Notes: a model not told the origin generated them from the letters alone. 64,000 nucleotides of DNA from Pseudomonadota bacterium (GCA_030684355.1 JAUXTN010000093.1:99202-163201); one strand, 5' to 3'. Shown: positions 37,687-47,034, counted from the first letter of the stretch. Translations and numbers: made by a program.

Positions 37687-39495
37687 TCAGATCCCCGATC
37701 CCGACACGACGTACACCTTCCCCGCGCGGGCGCCCCCCGTGCTGTAGGTCGTCCCGACCACGATGTCGGCGAGCCCGTCCCCGTCGAGGTCGTCGAGGGA
37801 CAAGGTCTCGCCGGCGCGGTCGTCGAGGTTCTCGCCATCGAGCGCGAAGTCGGCGTCGGCGAGGGTGTGGGCCCCCGTCGAGAGCGGGCCGTAGAACCCG
37901 TACACGGTCCCGTTCTGGGTCGTCTTCATGCTGGCGAGGAGGTCCGCGTGGCCGTCCCCGTCGATGTCGTCCCCGCCGGCGATGCACGTGGGGAAGTCCG
38001 CGCCCTCAAAAGCGTCGCCGTCGATGCGCGTGCCCGCGTCCAGGAGAGGGAGCTCGCCGCGCGTCGTTCCCGGGGCGAGGTACACGGTCCCCGCGTCCCC
38101 GTAGCCGGCCGCCCCCACGAGCAGGTCCGGGAGGCCGTCCCCGTCCTGGTCGCCCGCGGCCGCGACGCTCTGCCCGGTGTTGTCGCTCTGCGACTGGCCC
38201 AGCAGGGTCGCGTCGGCCTCCGCGGTCGTGAGCAACCCGTCGAGCGGACCCAGGAACAGGTAGGCGGCGCCCACGCTGCTCATCCCCCCCGTGTCGTGGC
38301 CATAGGCGCCGATCAGCAGGTCGTCCGTGCCGTCGCCGTCCACGTCGCCGGGCGAGACGACCGCGTACCCGAGGCGCTCGGAGTCCGACCCGGCGATGAA
38401 CGCGGTGGCGTCGTCCTGGTCCAGCGCGCCGGTCAGCGGCGTGGCGAACACCCGCACCGCGCCCCCGTCCGCGCCCAGGTAGGACGGGATGACCAGGTCC
38501 CGGGCGCCGTCGCCGTCGATGTCCCCCGTGGCCATGACCTGCGCGAACGCCTCGATGGAGGTCCCCGTGATCGTGACGTCCGCCGCCGAGTCCGAGAGGA
38601 GCGCGGTGGCGATCGGACCGTAGAAGCCGTGCACCTGGTGGTCGTCGAAGGCGTCGTACCCCACGAAGAGGTCGTCCTGCCCGTCGAGATCGAGGTCGAT
38701 GGGCGCGGCGCAGGAGCTCCCGAACGCGCTGCCGGTCTCGGAGTAGAGCGCGGTGTCCGCGGCCTGGATGGCGTGGGTCCCCGACACCGGCCCCGCGAAC
38801 AGCCAGGCCTCACCTGCCCAGCTCCCGAGGTGGCGTGACTCGGACGAGACCATCAGGTCCAATCGCCCGTCGCCGGTCACGTCCCCGACGACCCAGGCGG
38901 GCGCCGTCTGCGAGCCGGTCGTGCCGTCGATCTGCACGTCGGCGCGGGAGAGCGAGAGGACGCCGGAGAGGCGGCAGCCAAGGCCGTCGCAGTCCTGGTC
39001 GACGCCGTCGTCGCAGACCTCCGCGGCGCCGGGGTGGGTGTCCGCGTTCGTGTCGTCGCAGTCGCTGGCGTCCACGAGGTACCCGGCAGCCTCGCAGCCG
39101 AGGACGCTCGCCCCGGCGTCGCCGTAGCCGTCGCCGTCGGCATCCGCGTGCAGCATCGCGGCGTCGGTGGCGTCGTCGTCGATAGCCCCGTCGCAGTCCT
39201 GGTCCACGCCGTCACACGTCTCGGTCGCCGCGGGGGAGACCTCCGCCCGCGTGTCGTCGCAGTCCGTGGCGTCGGCGACATCCCCGTCGATCGGGCATCC
39301 CTCCCGGGCCGTCGTGGCGTCGCCGTAGCCGTCGCCATCCGCGTCGGTGTACCAGGTCGAGGGCGCGGCGCAGCCCGTGTCAGGCTCGGCGGTGTCGGGC
39401 GCGTGGGTGTCGGGTGCGTCGGTGTCGGGTTTGTCGGCGGCGGGCTCGCACGCCGACACGGTGACCATCAGGAGGACCCCGGAGAATCTACGCAT
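37687..39495 (-). CDS. Lipoprotein with two MopE-type Cys-rich motifs and a 7-blade FG-GAP region
   Basis: Lipobox LMVTVSAC. The acidic linker is PDTDAPDTHAPDTAEPDTG. It has WYTDADGDGYGD and DCDDTxAxxxPxAxExCDGVDQDCDG twice, then 7 FG-GAP units (for example GDVDGDGTDDLLIGAY and GDQDGDGLPDLLVGAA). Confidence 0.85.
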   Translation of the reverse strand: MRRFSGVLLMVTVSACEPAADKPDTDAPDTHAPDTAEPDTGCAAPSTWYTDADGDGYGDATTAREGCPIDGDVADATDCDDTRAEVSPAATETCDGVDQDCDGAIDDDATDAAMLHADADGDGYGDAGASVLGCEAAGYLVDASDCDDTNADTHPGAAEVCDDGVDQDCDGLGCRLSGVLSLSRADVQIDGTTGSQTAPAWVVGDVTGDGRLDLMVSSESRHLGSWAGEAWLFAGPVSGTHAIQAADTALYSETGSAFGSSCAAPIDLDLDGQDDLFVGYDAFDDHQVHGFYGPIATALLSDSAADVTITGTSIEAFAQVMATGDIDGDGARDLVIPSYLGADGGAVRVFATPLTGALDQDDATAFIAGSDSERLGYAVVSPGDVDGDGTDDLLIGAYGHDTGGMSSVGAAYLFLGPLDGLLTTAEADATLLGQSQSDNTGQSVAAAGDQDGDGLPDLLVGAAGYGDAGTVYLAPGTTRGELPLLDAGTRIDGDAFEGADFPTCIAGGDDIDGDGHADLLASMKTTQNGTVYGFYGPLSTGAHTLADADFALDGENLDDRAGETLSLDDLDGDGLADIVVGTTYSTGGARAGKVYVVSGSGI

Positions 39496-39557
39496 TTGCC
39501 GTCACCCCCGGCGTGACCATACCATGTTCGGCTCCGCTCCCGGTTGCCCGGCGAGGG

Positions 39558-40532
39558 TCACCGCACCCAAGCCAACGAGCGCACCGTCCGGAGCTCCAGG
39601 ACGCTCGTCGCCGCGCCCGACCCGATGTCCACGAGCACCACGCCCTCCCGCGTGGCGGCGGCGAACCACTGGCCGTCGGGGTGCGCGCGCCCGTCGTAGA
39701 GGATCGTCTGGAGGTCCGTCACCTGCTCGGGGGCGCCGCCCGCGGTCGACACCCGCCACCAGTCACCGGGCACGTCGTGGGCGCCGTGGGCCTGCGCGGC
39801 CGGGACGAGCAGGTGCCAGGCGGACGCCACGGCGGGGGTGGGCACCACGAAGTACACCCAGGCGCCGTCGGTCGAGAAGAACGGCGAGGTGATGTCGGTC
39901 ACGACGCTGCTGGCGACGAGCGTGCGCTCGGGCGCCCCGTCGACGTCGGCGAGCACGAGGCTCCGTCGGCGGGTGTCGGGATCGACGGCGACCCACGCGA
40001 GGTGCGCCCCGTCGGGTGACACCGCGGGCTCCGTGCCCCAGGGGGCGATCTCGCGGATCGCCCCGCCGGGCGCGTCCACGTAGGCGACGGCGTGCTCGGC
40101 CCCGCTTGGCACGTCCTCGCCGGCGATGACGAACCACACGCGCGCCGAGTCGGGTGTCACCGCGGGGTAGAAGCACCACGCCCCGGCCGCGTCGCGGCAG
40201 GCCACCGCCGTCTCGGTGCCATCGGCCGAGACGTGCACGATGCGACTCCGGTCGTACCCGGCGCCGCCGTCCGTGGGGGGCGCGGTGTAGGCGAGGGTGA
40301 CCGCGCCGTCCGCGTCCGTGTCGAGATCGTAGGCCCAGCCGCCGGAGGGCACGGCGAACCAATCGTCCTTCTGGGCGGACGCCAGGTCGAGCGTGCTGAG
40401 CACGGGCGGGCCGAGCTCCTCGAGGAGCCGGAGCGCCCCGGAGGGAAGCACGGGACCGTCCGCAGGGGCCGTGGCCTCCGCGCAGCCCGCGAGCATGGCT
40501 GCGATCACGACGACGGCCGCGGGTCGGTTCAC
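39558..40532 (-). CDS. TolB-like / PD40 beta-propeller lipoprotein
   Basis: (M)NRPAAVVVIAAMLAGC lipobox. It has repeated xSPDGxxLAWV-type PD40 units. GTG 40532 overlaps the upstream TGA (GTGA). Confidence 0.65.
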   Translation of the reverse strand: MNRPAAVVVIAAMLAGCAEATAPADGPVLPSGALRLLEELGPPVLSTLDLASAQKDDWFAVPSGGWAYDLDTDADGAVTLAYTAPPTDGGAGYDRSRIVHVSADGTETAVACRDAAGAWCFYPAVTPDSARVWFVIAGEDVPSGAEHAVAYVDAPGGAIREIAPWGTEPAVSPDGAHLAWVAVDPDTRRRSLVLADVDGAPERTLVASSVVTDITSPFFSTDGAWVYFVVPTPAVASAWHLLVPAAQAHGAHDVPGDWWRVSTAGGAPEQVTDLQTILYDGRAHPDGQWFAAATREGVVLVDIGSGAATSVLELRTVRSLAWVR

Positions 40533-41251
40533 GCGGGCGGGCCCATGCCGGTGCTCTCGACCTCGCCGCGGTAGCACGGGATGCTGTACGGCGCGGTCTC
40601 GGTGAGGTGGTAGTGGTACACGGCGTCCGCGAACTCGGGGGTGACACCGGTGTGCCCGCTGCACGCGTCCAGGTCGGTCGGGGGGCTGCCGCCGTCGCCC
40701 CAGGGGCCGTAGACCGTGAAGCCGTCGAGCAGCACCCCGATGAGCCGGGAGTGGGCGCCGTCGGTGTCGATCACGTCGGTGATGCAGTAGGGAACGCCGT
40801 GGTAGTGGTAGTCGCCCCCGTCCGGCAGCGGGTGCGCGTTGCAGCTGTCGACGAACGGCACCCCGTCGACCTCGAAGTTGCTGTCGAGCGCGACCGTGGT
40901 GCCGTCGCCCTCGTAGGGGTTGAAGTAGCGCCCGCCGCTGATGGCGACGCCGATGGCGCCTCCGCTGGTGTCGGTGGTCTCCGTGGCGACCACGGGCGCC
41001 ATGGGGAACGTCATCGTGTACGTGCTCGTCACCACCGGGGTGGTCGTGCCATCCATGAGCGCGTAGGCCTCGAGCACGTCGTGGTCGGGGACACCGTCGT
41101 CACCCACCGTGAGCATGTCATCGTCCGACAAGGAGACCGTCATGTCGTCCGCCCACAGCGCGGCGGAGATGATCTCCGCGTAGTCGGAGGGGATCTCGGC
41201 GGGTTCGCCCGCATCGCCCGCGCAGCCGGCGGCGAGGAGGAGAGGGAGCAA
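40529..41251 (-). CDS. YHYH-domain lipoprotein
   Basis: Lipobox LLLAAGC. It contains CNAHPLPDGGDYHYHGVPYC and AVYHYHLTETAPY, that is, two YHYH motifs. A CTG-initiated longer leader (NRALPLLPLLLAAGC) is possible. Confidence 0.7.
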   Translation of the reverse strand: MLPLLLAAGCAGDAGEPAEIPSDYAEIISAALWADDMTVSLSDDDMLTVGDDGVPDHDVLEAYALMDGTTTPVVTSTYTMTFPMAPVVATETTDTSGGAIGVAISGGRYFNPYEGDGTTVALDSNFEVDGVPFVDSCNAHPLPDGGDYHYHGVPYCITDVIDTDGAHSRLIGVLLDGFTVYGPWGDGGSPPTDLDACSGHTGVTPEFADAVYHYHLTETAPYSIPCYRGEVESTGMGPPA

Positions 41252-41374
41252 CGGGAGGGCTCGGTTCAGGGGGTTCCGGGGGGGCGCGGGGGAGGGGAGC
41301 CCGGGCCTCGCGACGTCAACGTGCGAGCCCGCCAGATCTGGAGAGCAAGCGAGCAGAAACTGCGGAGGAGCCGT

Positions 41375-42016
41375 TCAGCCGAGCGTGGGGACGGCGGGCA
41401 CGAGCAGGCTCGCCTTGAGCATCCGCACCGCCTCGCGCAGCCGGCGCCGCCGCCACTCCTCGGGGGCCGCACCCGCGGGCCACGCGGCGCTGTTCATGTG
41501 CAGGAGCGCGATCGTCCCGAGGAGCAGCGTGCCGATCCCCACCACGAAGGCCTCGGGGTCGACCTCCGGGCCGAACGTGCCCTCGCGCTGGCGCAGGCGG
41601 ATGAAGTCGGCGGCGACCTGCATCCACGGCCGCACGTCGCCCGCGATCCGCGCGCCGAGCGGACCGGTGTCGTTGACCAGCTCCAACATCACCACCCGCG
41701 CCATGTCCGCGTGCTCCTCGAGGAACGCGTAGAGCTCGTCCGAGACGAGGTCCGTGCGCTCCTGGGAGCTCGAGATGGCGTCGAGCAGGCGCGGGAGGAA
41801 CTCGGTCCACGCGGAGGTGATGACGTCGACCACCGACTGCCGCAGCGCGTCCTTCGAGGGGTAGTGGTAGAGCAGGAGCTGCTTGCTGATGCCGACGGCG
41901 TCCGCCACCTGCTGGATGGACGTGCCGAGGAAGCCGTGCTGCGCGAAGAGGCGCAGCGCCGCCTCGCGGATCTGCCCGCGGAGCTCCGAGGTGTCGTGCC
42001 GGCGGGCAGAGGCCAT
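41375..42016 (-). CDS. TetR/AcrR family transcriptional regulator
   Basis: The HTH block is IREAALRLFAQHGFLGTSIQQVADAVGISKQLLLYHYPSKDAL. ATG 42016 was chosen. Confidence 0.85.
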   Translation of the reverse strand: MASARRHDTSELRGQIREAALRLFAQHGFLGTSIQQVADAVGISKQLLLYHYPSKDALRQSVVDVITSAWTEFLPRLLDAISSSQERTDLVSDELYAFLEEHADMARVVMLELVNDTGPLGARIAGDVRPWMQVAADFIRLRQREGTFGPEVDPEAFVVGIGTLLLGTIALLHMNSAAWPAGAAPEEWRRRRLREAVRMLKASLLVPAVPTLG

Positions 42017-42155
42017 CCCCGCCCCGTTAGCCGCTTGCCCGGGTCGGCGCCTTCGCCGCACCGACCGCACCGCGTCGAGTCGACACCAACGCCCCCTGCC
42101 GGCCGTACTCCGACCCCGCTGAGGCGATGGCGTATCATCCGGTCGGGGGCCAGAA

Positions 42156-42938
42156 ATGCGCGATGAGATCTACCAGCGCACCGTCGCCGGGCTCCGGCAG
42201 GTCCTCGATCCCGGGCTGACCTTCGAGACGTTCGTCGCCGGCCGCTCCAACGAGCACGCGCACGCCGTCGCGGTGGCCGTCGCCGACGTCCCGGGGGGCC
42301 TCCACAATCCGTTGTGGCTCCACGGCGGATCGGGCCTCGGCAAGACCCACCTCGCCCAGGCCATCGGACACCGGGTCGCGTCCCGCGCTGGCGCCGAGCG
42401 CGTCCACGCCTGCACGGCCGAGAATTTCTTTGCCTCCCTCGTCCGCGCGCTGCAGAGCCGCTCGATCGAGGCCTTCCGTGCACACGTGAGCACCACGCTC
42501 GACCTCGTCATCCTCGACGACGTCGACTTCCTCCGCGGCCGCCACCGCACCGTCCAAGAGCTCTGCCAGGTGTTCGAGGCGATGGCCGCCAGCGGCAAGC
42601 AGCTCGTGCTCTGCTCGTCCGCACCGCCGCAGACCATCGGCGAGCTGAAGTCCCGCTTTGGGAGGGGGAGCCTCGCGCGCGGGAGCCTCGTCGAGGTCCA
42701 TCCGCTCGACGTGCCGCACATGCTGCGTGTCCTCGAGCGGAAGGCCCGTGCATCGGGCCTCGACCTCCACCCGGACGTAGCGCGTCACATCGCGGGGCAC
42801 GTCGGCAACGCCCGCGAGCTGGAAGGCGTGCTCACGCGCCTGTCGGCGTTGCAGGACTACTACAGGAAACCGATCGACATGGGGTTCCTGGACGAGCGCA
42901 TGGAGAACCTCGTCTCGCCCACGGCGGCTCCCGAGTGA
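42156..42938 (+). CDS. DnaA-family AAA+ ATPase, domain III only (Hda-like; no domain I/II and no DNA-binding domain IV)
   Basis: The blocks are LTFETFVAGRSNEHAHAVAVAVADVPGGLHNPLWLHGGSGLGKTHLAQAIG (Walker A), DLVILDDVDFLRGRHRTVQELCQVFEAM (Walker B plus the box VI-like region), GKQLVLCSS and NARELEGVLTRL (sensor 2). Confidence 0.8.
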   Translation: MRDEIYQRTVAGLRQVLDPGLTFETFVAGRSNEHAHAVAVAVADVPGGLHNPLWLHGGSGLGKTHLAQAIGHRVASRAGAERVHACTAENFFASLVRALQSRSIEAFRAHVSTTLDLVILDDVDFLRGRHRTVQELCQVFEAMAASGKQLVLCSSAPPQTIGELKSRFGRGSLARGSLVEVHPLDVPHMLRVLERKARASGLDLHPDVARHIAGHVGNARELEGVLTRLSALQDYYRKPIDMGFLDERMENLVSPTAAPE

Positions 42939-43105
42939 TGCAAGCTGGGCGCTCGGCGCTGATCGACCTCCTCGCGGACTGCTTCAGGCCTTCGGAGCTG
43001 CGGCGCTTCATCGCCGAGACGGCGGGTTGCGAGGATGCCCCGCGCCGCTTGCCGGGGGTGGGGGCGGCACCGATCCGGGAACTCGCGGAGCATGCGGTCA
43101 TCGTG
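42938..43105 (+). pseudogene. Truncated N-terminal helical module (EAD-like), translationally coupled to the ATPase; it loses its coding signal at about 43100
   Basis: ATG 42938 overlaps the TGA (TGATG). MQAGRSALIDLLADCFRPSELRRFIAETAGCEDAPRRLPGVGAAPIRELAEHAVIV has high GC3. GC3 then collapses in this frame and continues in the +1 frame. Confidence 0.5.
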
Positions 43106-44456
43106 CGAGGTCGTCGCCCGGGTGCTCGCGGCGAACGAGTACGACGTCCACACCGCGTGCGGCGGCGAGAGTGCCGTCGCCGAGTTGGCACGACGGCCGT
43201 ACGACGCCGTCCTCACCGACATCATGATGCCCGGAATGAGCGGCTGGGAGCTCCTCCGGCGCGCCACCCTCTACCCGGGGACGGTCTTCTTGCTCATGAG
43301 TGGCGGGTGCCCGAACCCAGGCCTCGTAGCACCCTGGCAGTTCCTCGCGAAGCCCTTCACTACGGAGGAGTTGCTGCGCTTCCTCGACGCCGGTCTCCGG
43401 CGTCCTCAAGGCAGGTCGGACCCGGGTACCCCGGCCGTAACCGTGCACGCCGACTCCTCCGCTGCTACGGTCCCGGCGATGTCCGATAAGCCAAGTGAGG
43501 CGCTCCTCGCATCCCTGCTCGAGTCGCTCTTCGACGCGGACGCGTTGCATCGTTTCCTTCGTCAGCGCTGCGGACCCGCGTTCGTCGACGCGCTCCCGGG
43601 CCCCACGGCGCCGCTCACCGAGCGGTGTGTCGAGGCGGTCGGGAGGCTGTCCGGGGCGAAGCTCGTCAACGAGCTGTTCTTCGCCGCCCTGCGGGAAGCG
43701 CGGCCCGACCGCGCCGCCGACATCATGGCCGTCGAGGACCAACTACGCGTCAGGGCCGCGATCCTGGGCGTGTCACCTACGCGGCCACGCCGACCGGCCG
43801 CCGAGGGTGCCCAGACCGGCGCCGGCGCCCGATACCGACCAGGCGCCCAAGCATCCACCCCGGCAGGCCTCTCGGTCCAGCTCCGTTGGGATCCCCTCTA
43901 CCGCGGGCCCGAGGGCCCGGCGCGCGACCGCCTGGCGTTCGAGATCGCGGCGAAGGCCGTGTCCCACCGAATCCTGTTCCGCGCGCCCGACCCCTACGTG
44001 GAGGTGACCATCGGCACCCAGGTCGCCTTCGTGGATTGGAGCCCGCCCTGGATCACGGTTCGTCGGGTGGTCCCGATCACGGTGAGCGAGCGCGGCGGCC
44101 GCTGGCTCGGCATGTTCCGGGACTACACCCGGGTCTACCGCCTCCCCTACCGGCGCGAGATGGAGCCCGGCGGTGACGAGGAGCGCCTGGAGCGGGGCCT
44201 GGCCCAGGCACGCCGCCTGCTGTCCAGCCTCGCCGAGGACCTCGCGGACTACGCGCGCCGCTACGAGCTCACGCCCGGGGCGGCGGCCCTGGTCGCGTTC
44301 GTCGCCGACAGCGTGCGCCGCTCCGAGGAGGATGCCGAGCACCTGCCCCCCGGTGCGTTGGTCGCGCGCGTCGAGGAGGTCCTCTGCGGCGTGCACGCCG
44401 CCCTCGATGCCCTGGGGGGAGGGGCCTGGCCCCCCGCCGCCCCCCCCTCAGCGTGA
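43092..44456 (+). CDS. Receiver-domain protein lacking beta1 and the acidic pair, followed by an EAD-like helical module and an unknown ~220-aa C-terminal domain
   Basis: The REC region reads EVVARVLAANEYDVHTACGGESAVAELARRPYDAVLTDIMMPGMSGWELL...FLLMSGG...FLAKPFTTEELL, so the D, S and K positions are present and the DD pair is absent. The second module is EALLASLLESLFDADALHRFLRQRCGPAFVDALPGPTAPLTERCVEAV... The first in-frame ATG is 43092, and the frame is open from 43035. Confidence 0.6.
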   Translation: MRSSCEVVARVLAANEYDVHTACGGESAVAELARRPYDAVLTDIMMPGMSGWELLRRATLYPGTVFLLMSGGCPNPGLVAPWQFLAKPFTTEELLRFLDAGLRRPQGRSDPGTPAVTVHADSSAATVPAMSDKPSEALLASLLESLFDADALHRFLRQRCGPAFVDALPGPTAPLTERCVEAVGRLSGAKLVNELFFAALREARPDRAADIMAVEDQLRVRAAILGVSPTRPRRPAAEGAQTGAGARYRPGAQASTPAGLSVQLRWDPLYRGPEGPARDRLAFEIAAKAVSHRILFRAPDPYVEVTIGTQVAFVDWSPPWITVRRVVPITVSERGGRWLGMFRDYTRVYRLPYRREMEPGGDEERLERGLAQARRLLSSLAEDLADYARRYELTPGAAALVAFVADSVRRSEEDAEHLPPGALVARVEEVLCGVHAALDALGGGAWPPAAPPSA

Positions 44457-45293
44457 CGCCCCCGCCTCCGCCGCCCCCAACAACCGCTCCAACGCCGCCC
44501 ACCCCCGCTCCGTCGTGACCAGGGCGTCGTTGTGGCCGGCGCCGGGGAAGGTGAGCGTCGTGGCGCCCGGGAGCGCCCGGCTCAACGCCTCCGCGTGCCA
44601 GGGGCCGATGAGCGTGTCGGCCTCGCCGTGCAACACGAGGGACGGCGCTCGCACCTCGGGCGCCCGCGCCACGCTGTCGAAGCGGGTGCGCATGAAGAGG
44701 CCGACCGGCGCCCAGGGCACGGACTCGCGCGCCACCTGCACGAGGCTGGAGAACGACGACTCCACCACCAGCGCGAACGGCGGGTGGCCGGCGTCGGAGA
44801 GGTCCGCCGCGAGCCCGACCGCGACGCCGCCCCCGAGCGACTTGCCGTAGATCCAGACGCGGTCCGACATCGCGCTCGCGACCGCCCAGGCGGCACGCGC
44901 GTCCATCCGGAGGCCGGCCTCGCTCGGCTCGCCCTCGCTGCCCGGATAGCCCCGGTAGTTCACCTGCACGATGCTCCAGCCGGCGTCCCGCATCCGCCCG
45001 TACATGTCCGGGTGCGCCCCGACCGTGCCGCCGTTGCCGCCGAACCAGACGACCACGCCGCGCGGCTCGGGGGCCGCGATCGTCCACCCGTAGAGCCGCG
45101 TCCCGTCCTCCGCGACGGGGGCGATCACCTCGGCGCCCTGGGCCTTCGCGCGCTTGGCGAGCCACCCCTCGGAGACCGTCGGCGCCGGGAAGACCATCTG
45201 CCGTTCGAGCGACGCGAGGATGCCCACCGCGAGGAGGTACGCCCCGACGAGCACGGCGGCAACGCGGTGGAGGCGCTTGCGCCAGGGGCTCAT
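44448..45293 (-). CDS. Alpha/beta hydrolase with an N-terminal membrane anchor
   Basis: The nucleophile elbow is GKSLGGG. The block LVLHGEADTLI is present, and the motif GAGHND contains the candidate catalytic His. Its ATG overlaps the tetR stop (ATGA). Confidence 0.8.
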   Translation of the reverse strand: MSPWRKRLHRVAAVLVGAYLLAVGILASLERQMVFPAPTVSEGWLAKRAKAQGAEVIAPVAEDGTRLYGWTIAAPEPRGVVVWFGGNGGTVGAHPDMYGRMRDAGWSIVQVNYRGYPGSEGEPSEAGLRMDARAAWAVASAMSDRVWIYGKSLGGGVAVGLAADLSDAGHPPFALVVESSFSSLVQVARESVPWAPVGLFMRTRFDSVARAPEVRAPSLVLHGEADTLIGPWHAEALSRALPGATTLTFPGAGHNDALVTTERGWAALERLLGAAEAGASR

Positions 45294-45850
45294 GCCGCGC
45301 CCTCCCGCGTCGGGAGCGGCACCGCGGCCAACACCGGCAACACATCGGCGAGCACGGCGCCGGCGTGCCGGGGATCGAGGGTGCGCTGGAGGAGCTCCCC
45401 GAGGACGAGGCTCACGACGAGGCCGGCGTTCTGGGGAGGGAGGCCGACCCGCTCGGCGAGCGCGTCCCGATACATCGCGAGCGCGCCCGCGAGCCCCGCG
45501 CTGCCCTCGGGGTGCGCGCGGTGGTAGTCGAGCGCGACGACGAGGGTGTTCTGGAGGTCGTCGGCGTGCGCGGCGACGTGCGCACCGAGCGCGGCCATGC
45601 GGGCCTCCGGGGCATGGGGCGCCACCGCGGCGAGGGCTTCGGCCACCTGCCGGCCGACCTGCCGCTCCAGCATCGCCGTGAACAGCGTCGGCTTGCCGTC
45701 GAACCAGTGGTAGAGCGCCCCGGTGGTCAGGCCGAGCTCGCGCGCGAGGTCCCGCATCGAGAGCGCGTGGTAGCCGCGGGCCGCGAAGAGGGCGAAGGCG
45801 CCGTCGAGGAGCGCGCCGCGGCGGAGGTCGGGATCGAGGGGGCGGGCCAT
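45290..45850 (-). CDS. TetR family transcriptional regulator
   Basis: LLDGAFALFAARGYHALSMRDLARELGLTTGALYHWFDGKPTLF. Confidence 0.85.
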   Translation of the reverse strand: MARPLDPDLRRGALLDGAFALFAARGYHALSMRDLARELGLTTGALYHWFDGKPTLFTAMLERQVGRQVAEALAAVAPHAPEARMAALGAHVAAHADDLQNTLVVALDYHRAHPEGSAGLAGALAMYRDALAERVGLPPQNAGLVVSLVLGELLQRTLDPRHAGAVLADVLPVLAAVPLPTREGAA

Positions 45851-45876
45851 GGGCGCGGATTCCAGGTGGGCGGGGG

Positions 45877-46950
45877 TCAGGCCCCCTGGGCGCCCGATGC
45901 CGGGAGCATAGCGGGCAGGCGCGCGGCCTCATGAGCGAGGCGACGGTCCATCACGGCGCGGAAGAGCGGCGGGCAGAGGGCGAGCAGCACCATCCCCGAG
46001 TAGCCGGTGGGGAGGGTCGGGGCGTCCTCGAAGTGGCGGAGCGCGGCGTACGGGCGCCCGGGGTGGGCGTGGTGATCGGCGTGCCGCGTGAGCTCGAAGA
46101 GGAGCGCGCGGGAGGCGAGGTGGTCGGAGGTCCACGAGTGGGCAGGCCGCACGCGCTCCCAGCGCCCGTCCTCGAGGCGGCCGCGCGAGAGCCCGTAGTG
46201 CTCGACGTAGTTGATGGTCTCCAGGAGCAGGATGCCGAGGCCCGCGGCGGAGACGAACGCGAGGGTCCCGACCGGCCCGGCGGCGCCGGAGAGGGCGGCG
46301 ACGAGCCCCACTTGCATCGCCGCGAAGCGCACCATCTCGTTGTCCCACGACACGGCGGGCCTCCCGGCGCGGGCGAGCCGCTCGGCCTCGAGCCCCCAGG
46401 CGCTCTGGAGGCTGCCCGTCAGCGTGCGTGCCCAGAAGGGGTAGAGGGACTCGCCGCGGCGGGCGCTGGCGGGATCGTCGGGGGTGGCGACCCGCGCGTG
46501 GTGCCCGCGGTTGTGCTCGATGTAGAAGTGCAGGTAGAGGCTCGTGAGCAGCATCCCCTTGGCGACGCGCTGGTTCGCGCGGTCGGCCCGGTGGCCGAGC
46601 TCGTGCGCCACGTTGATACCGACGGCGGCGCAGCAGATCCCGACGCTCACGATCGACCCGGCGAGCTCCCAGCCCGCGAGCGCCTCCGCGCGGAAGGCGA
46701 GGCCCAGCACGAGCCCGACCTGCATGGGGACGAGGCCGTAGAGGAGGAGGTCGAAGCGTCGATCCGCGCGCCGCGAGGCCTCCGTCGGACCGTCCGCGTT
46801 GGCGCGGGTGCCGGGGAGCGCGAGGTCCAGGAGCGGCACGAGCCCGAACACGACCACGGGGAGCACCCAGGTCCACACGCCGCCCGCGAACAGGCCGACG
46901 AAGGCGCAGAGGGGCAGGATGTAGACGAGCGCGAAGGCGGCGAGCGGCAT
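45877..46950 (-). CDS. alkB: Alkane 1-monooxygenase / membrane fatty-acid-desaturase-family hydroxylase
   Basis: The histidine boxes are HELGHR, EHNRGHH and LTRHADHH. The NYVEHYGL block is also present. ATG 46950 was chosen. Confidence 0.85.
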   Translation of the reverse strand: MPLAAFALVYILPLCAFVGLFAGGVWTWVLPVVVFGLVPLLDLALPGTRANADGPTEASRRADRRFDLLLYGLVPMQVGLVLGLAFRAEALAGWELAGSIVSVGICCAAVGINVAHELGHRADRANQRVAKGMLLTSLYLHFYIEHNRGHHARVATPDDPASARRGESLYPFWARTLTGSLQSAWGLEAERLARAGRPAVSWDNEMVRFAAMQVGLVAALSGAAGPVGTLAFVSAAGLGILLLETINYVEHYGLSRGRLEDGRWERVRPAHSWTSDHLASRALLFELTRHADHHAHPGRPYAALRHFEDAPTLPTGYSGMVLLALCPPLFRAVMDRRLAHEAARLPAMLPASGAQGA

Positions 46951-46966
46951 GGTCACCTCGGTGCGT

Positions 46967-47014
46967 AACGATCGCAATGTATCACACGGCGCGCTCTGAT
47001 ACATCACAATCGTT
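46967..47014. promoter_or_regulatory. Imperfect 18-bp inverted repeat with a 12-bp spacer upstream of alkB; candidate TetR operator
   Basis: AACGATCGCAATGTATCA (46967..46984) pairs with TGATACATCACAATCGTT (46997..47014), with 14 of 18 positions complementary. It sits in a low-GC patch 17 nt upstream of the alkB start. Confidence 0.4.
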
Positions 47015-47034
47015 ATCTATGCACTCTCCCGGCT

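Noticed and set aside
42314-43489. 391-aa ORF spanning the DnaA-like gene end and the receiver region
   Set aside because: Its upstream part is out of frame with the ATPase, and its part downstream of about 43100 lacks GC3 bias. Only 42938..43105 is kept.
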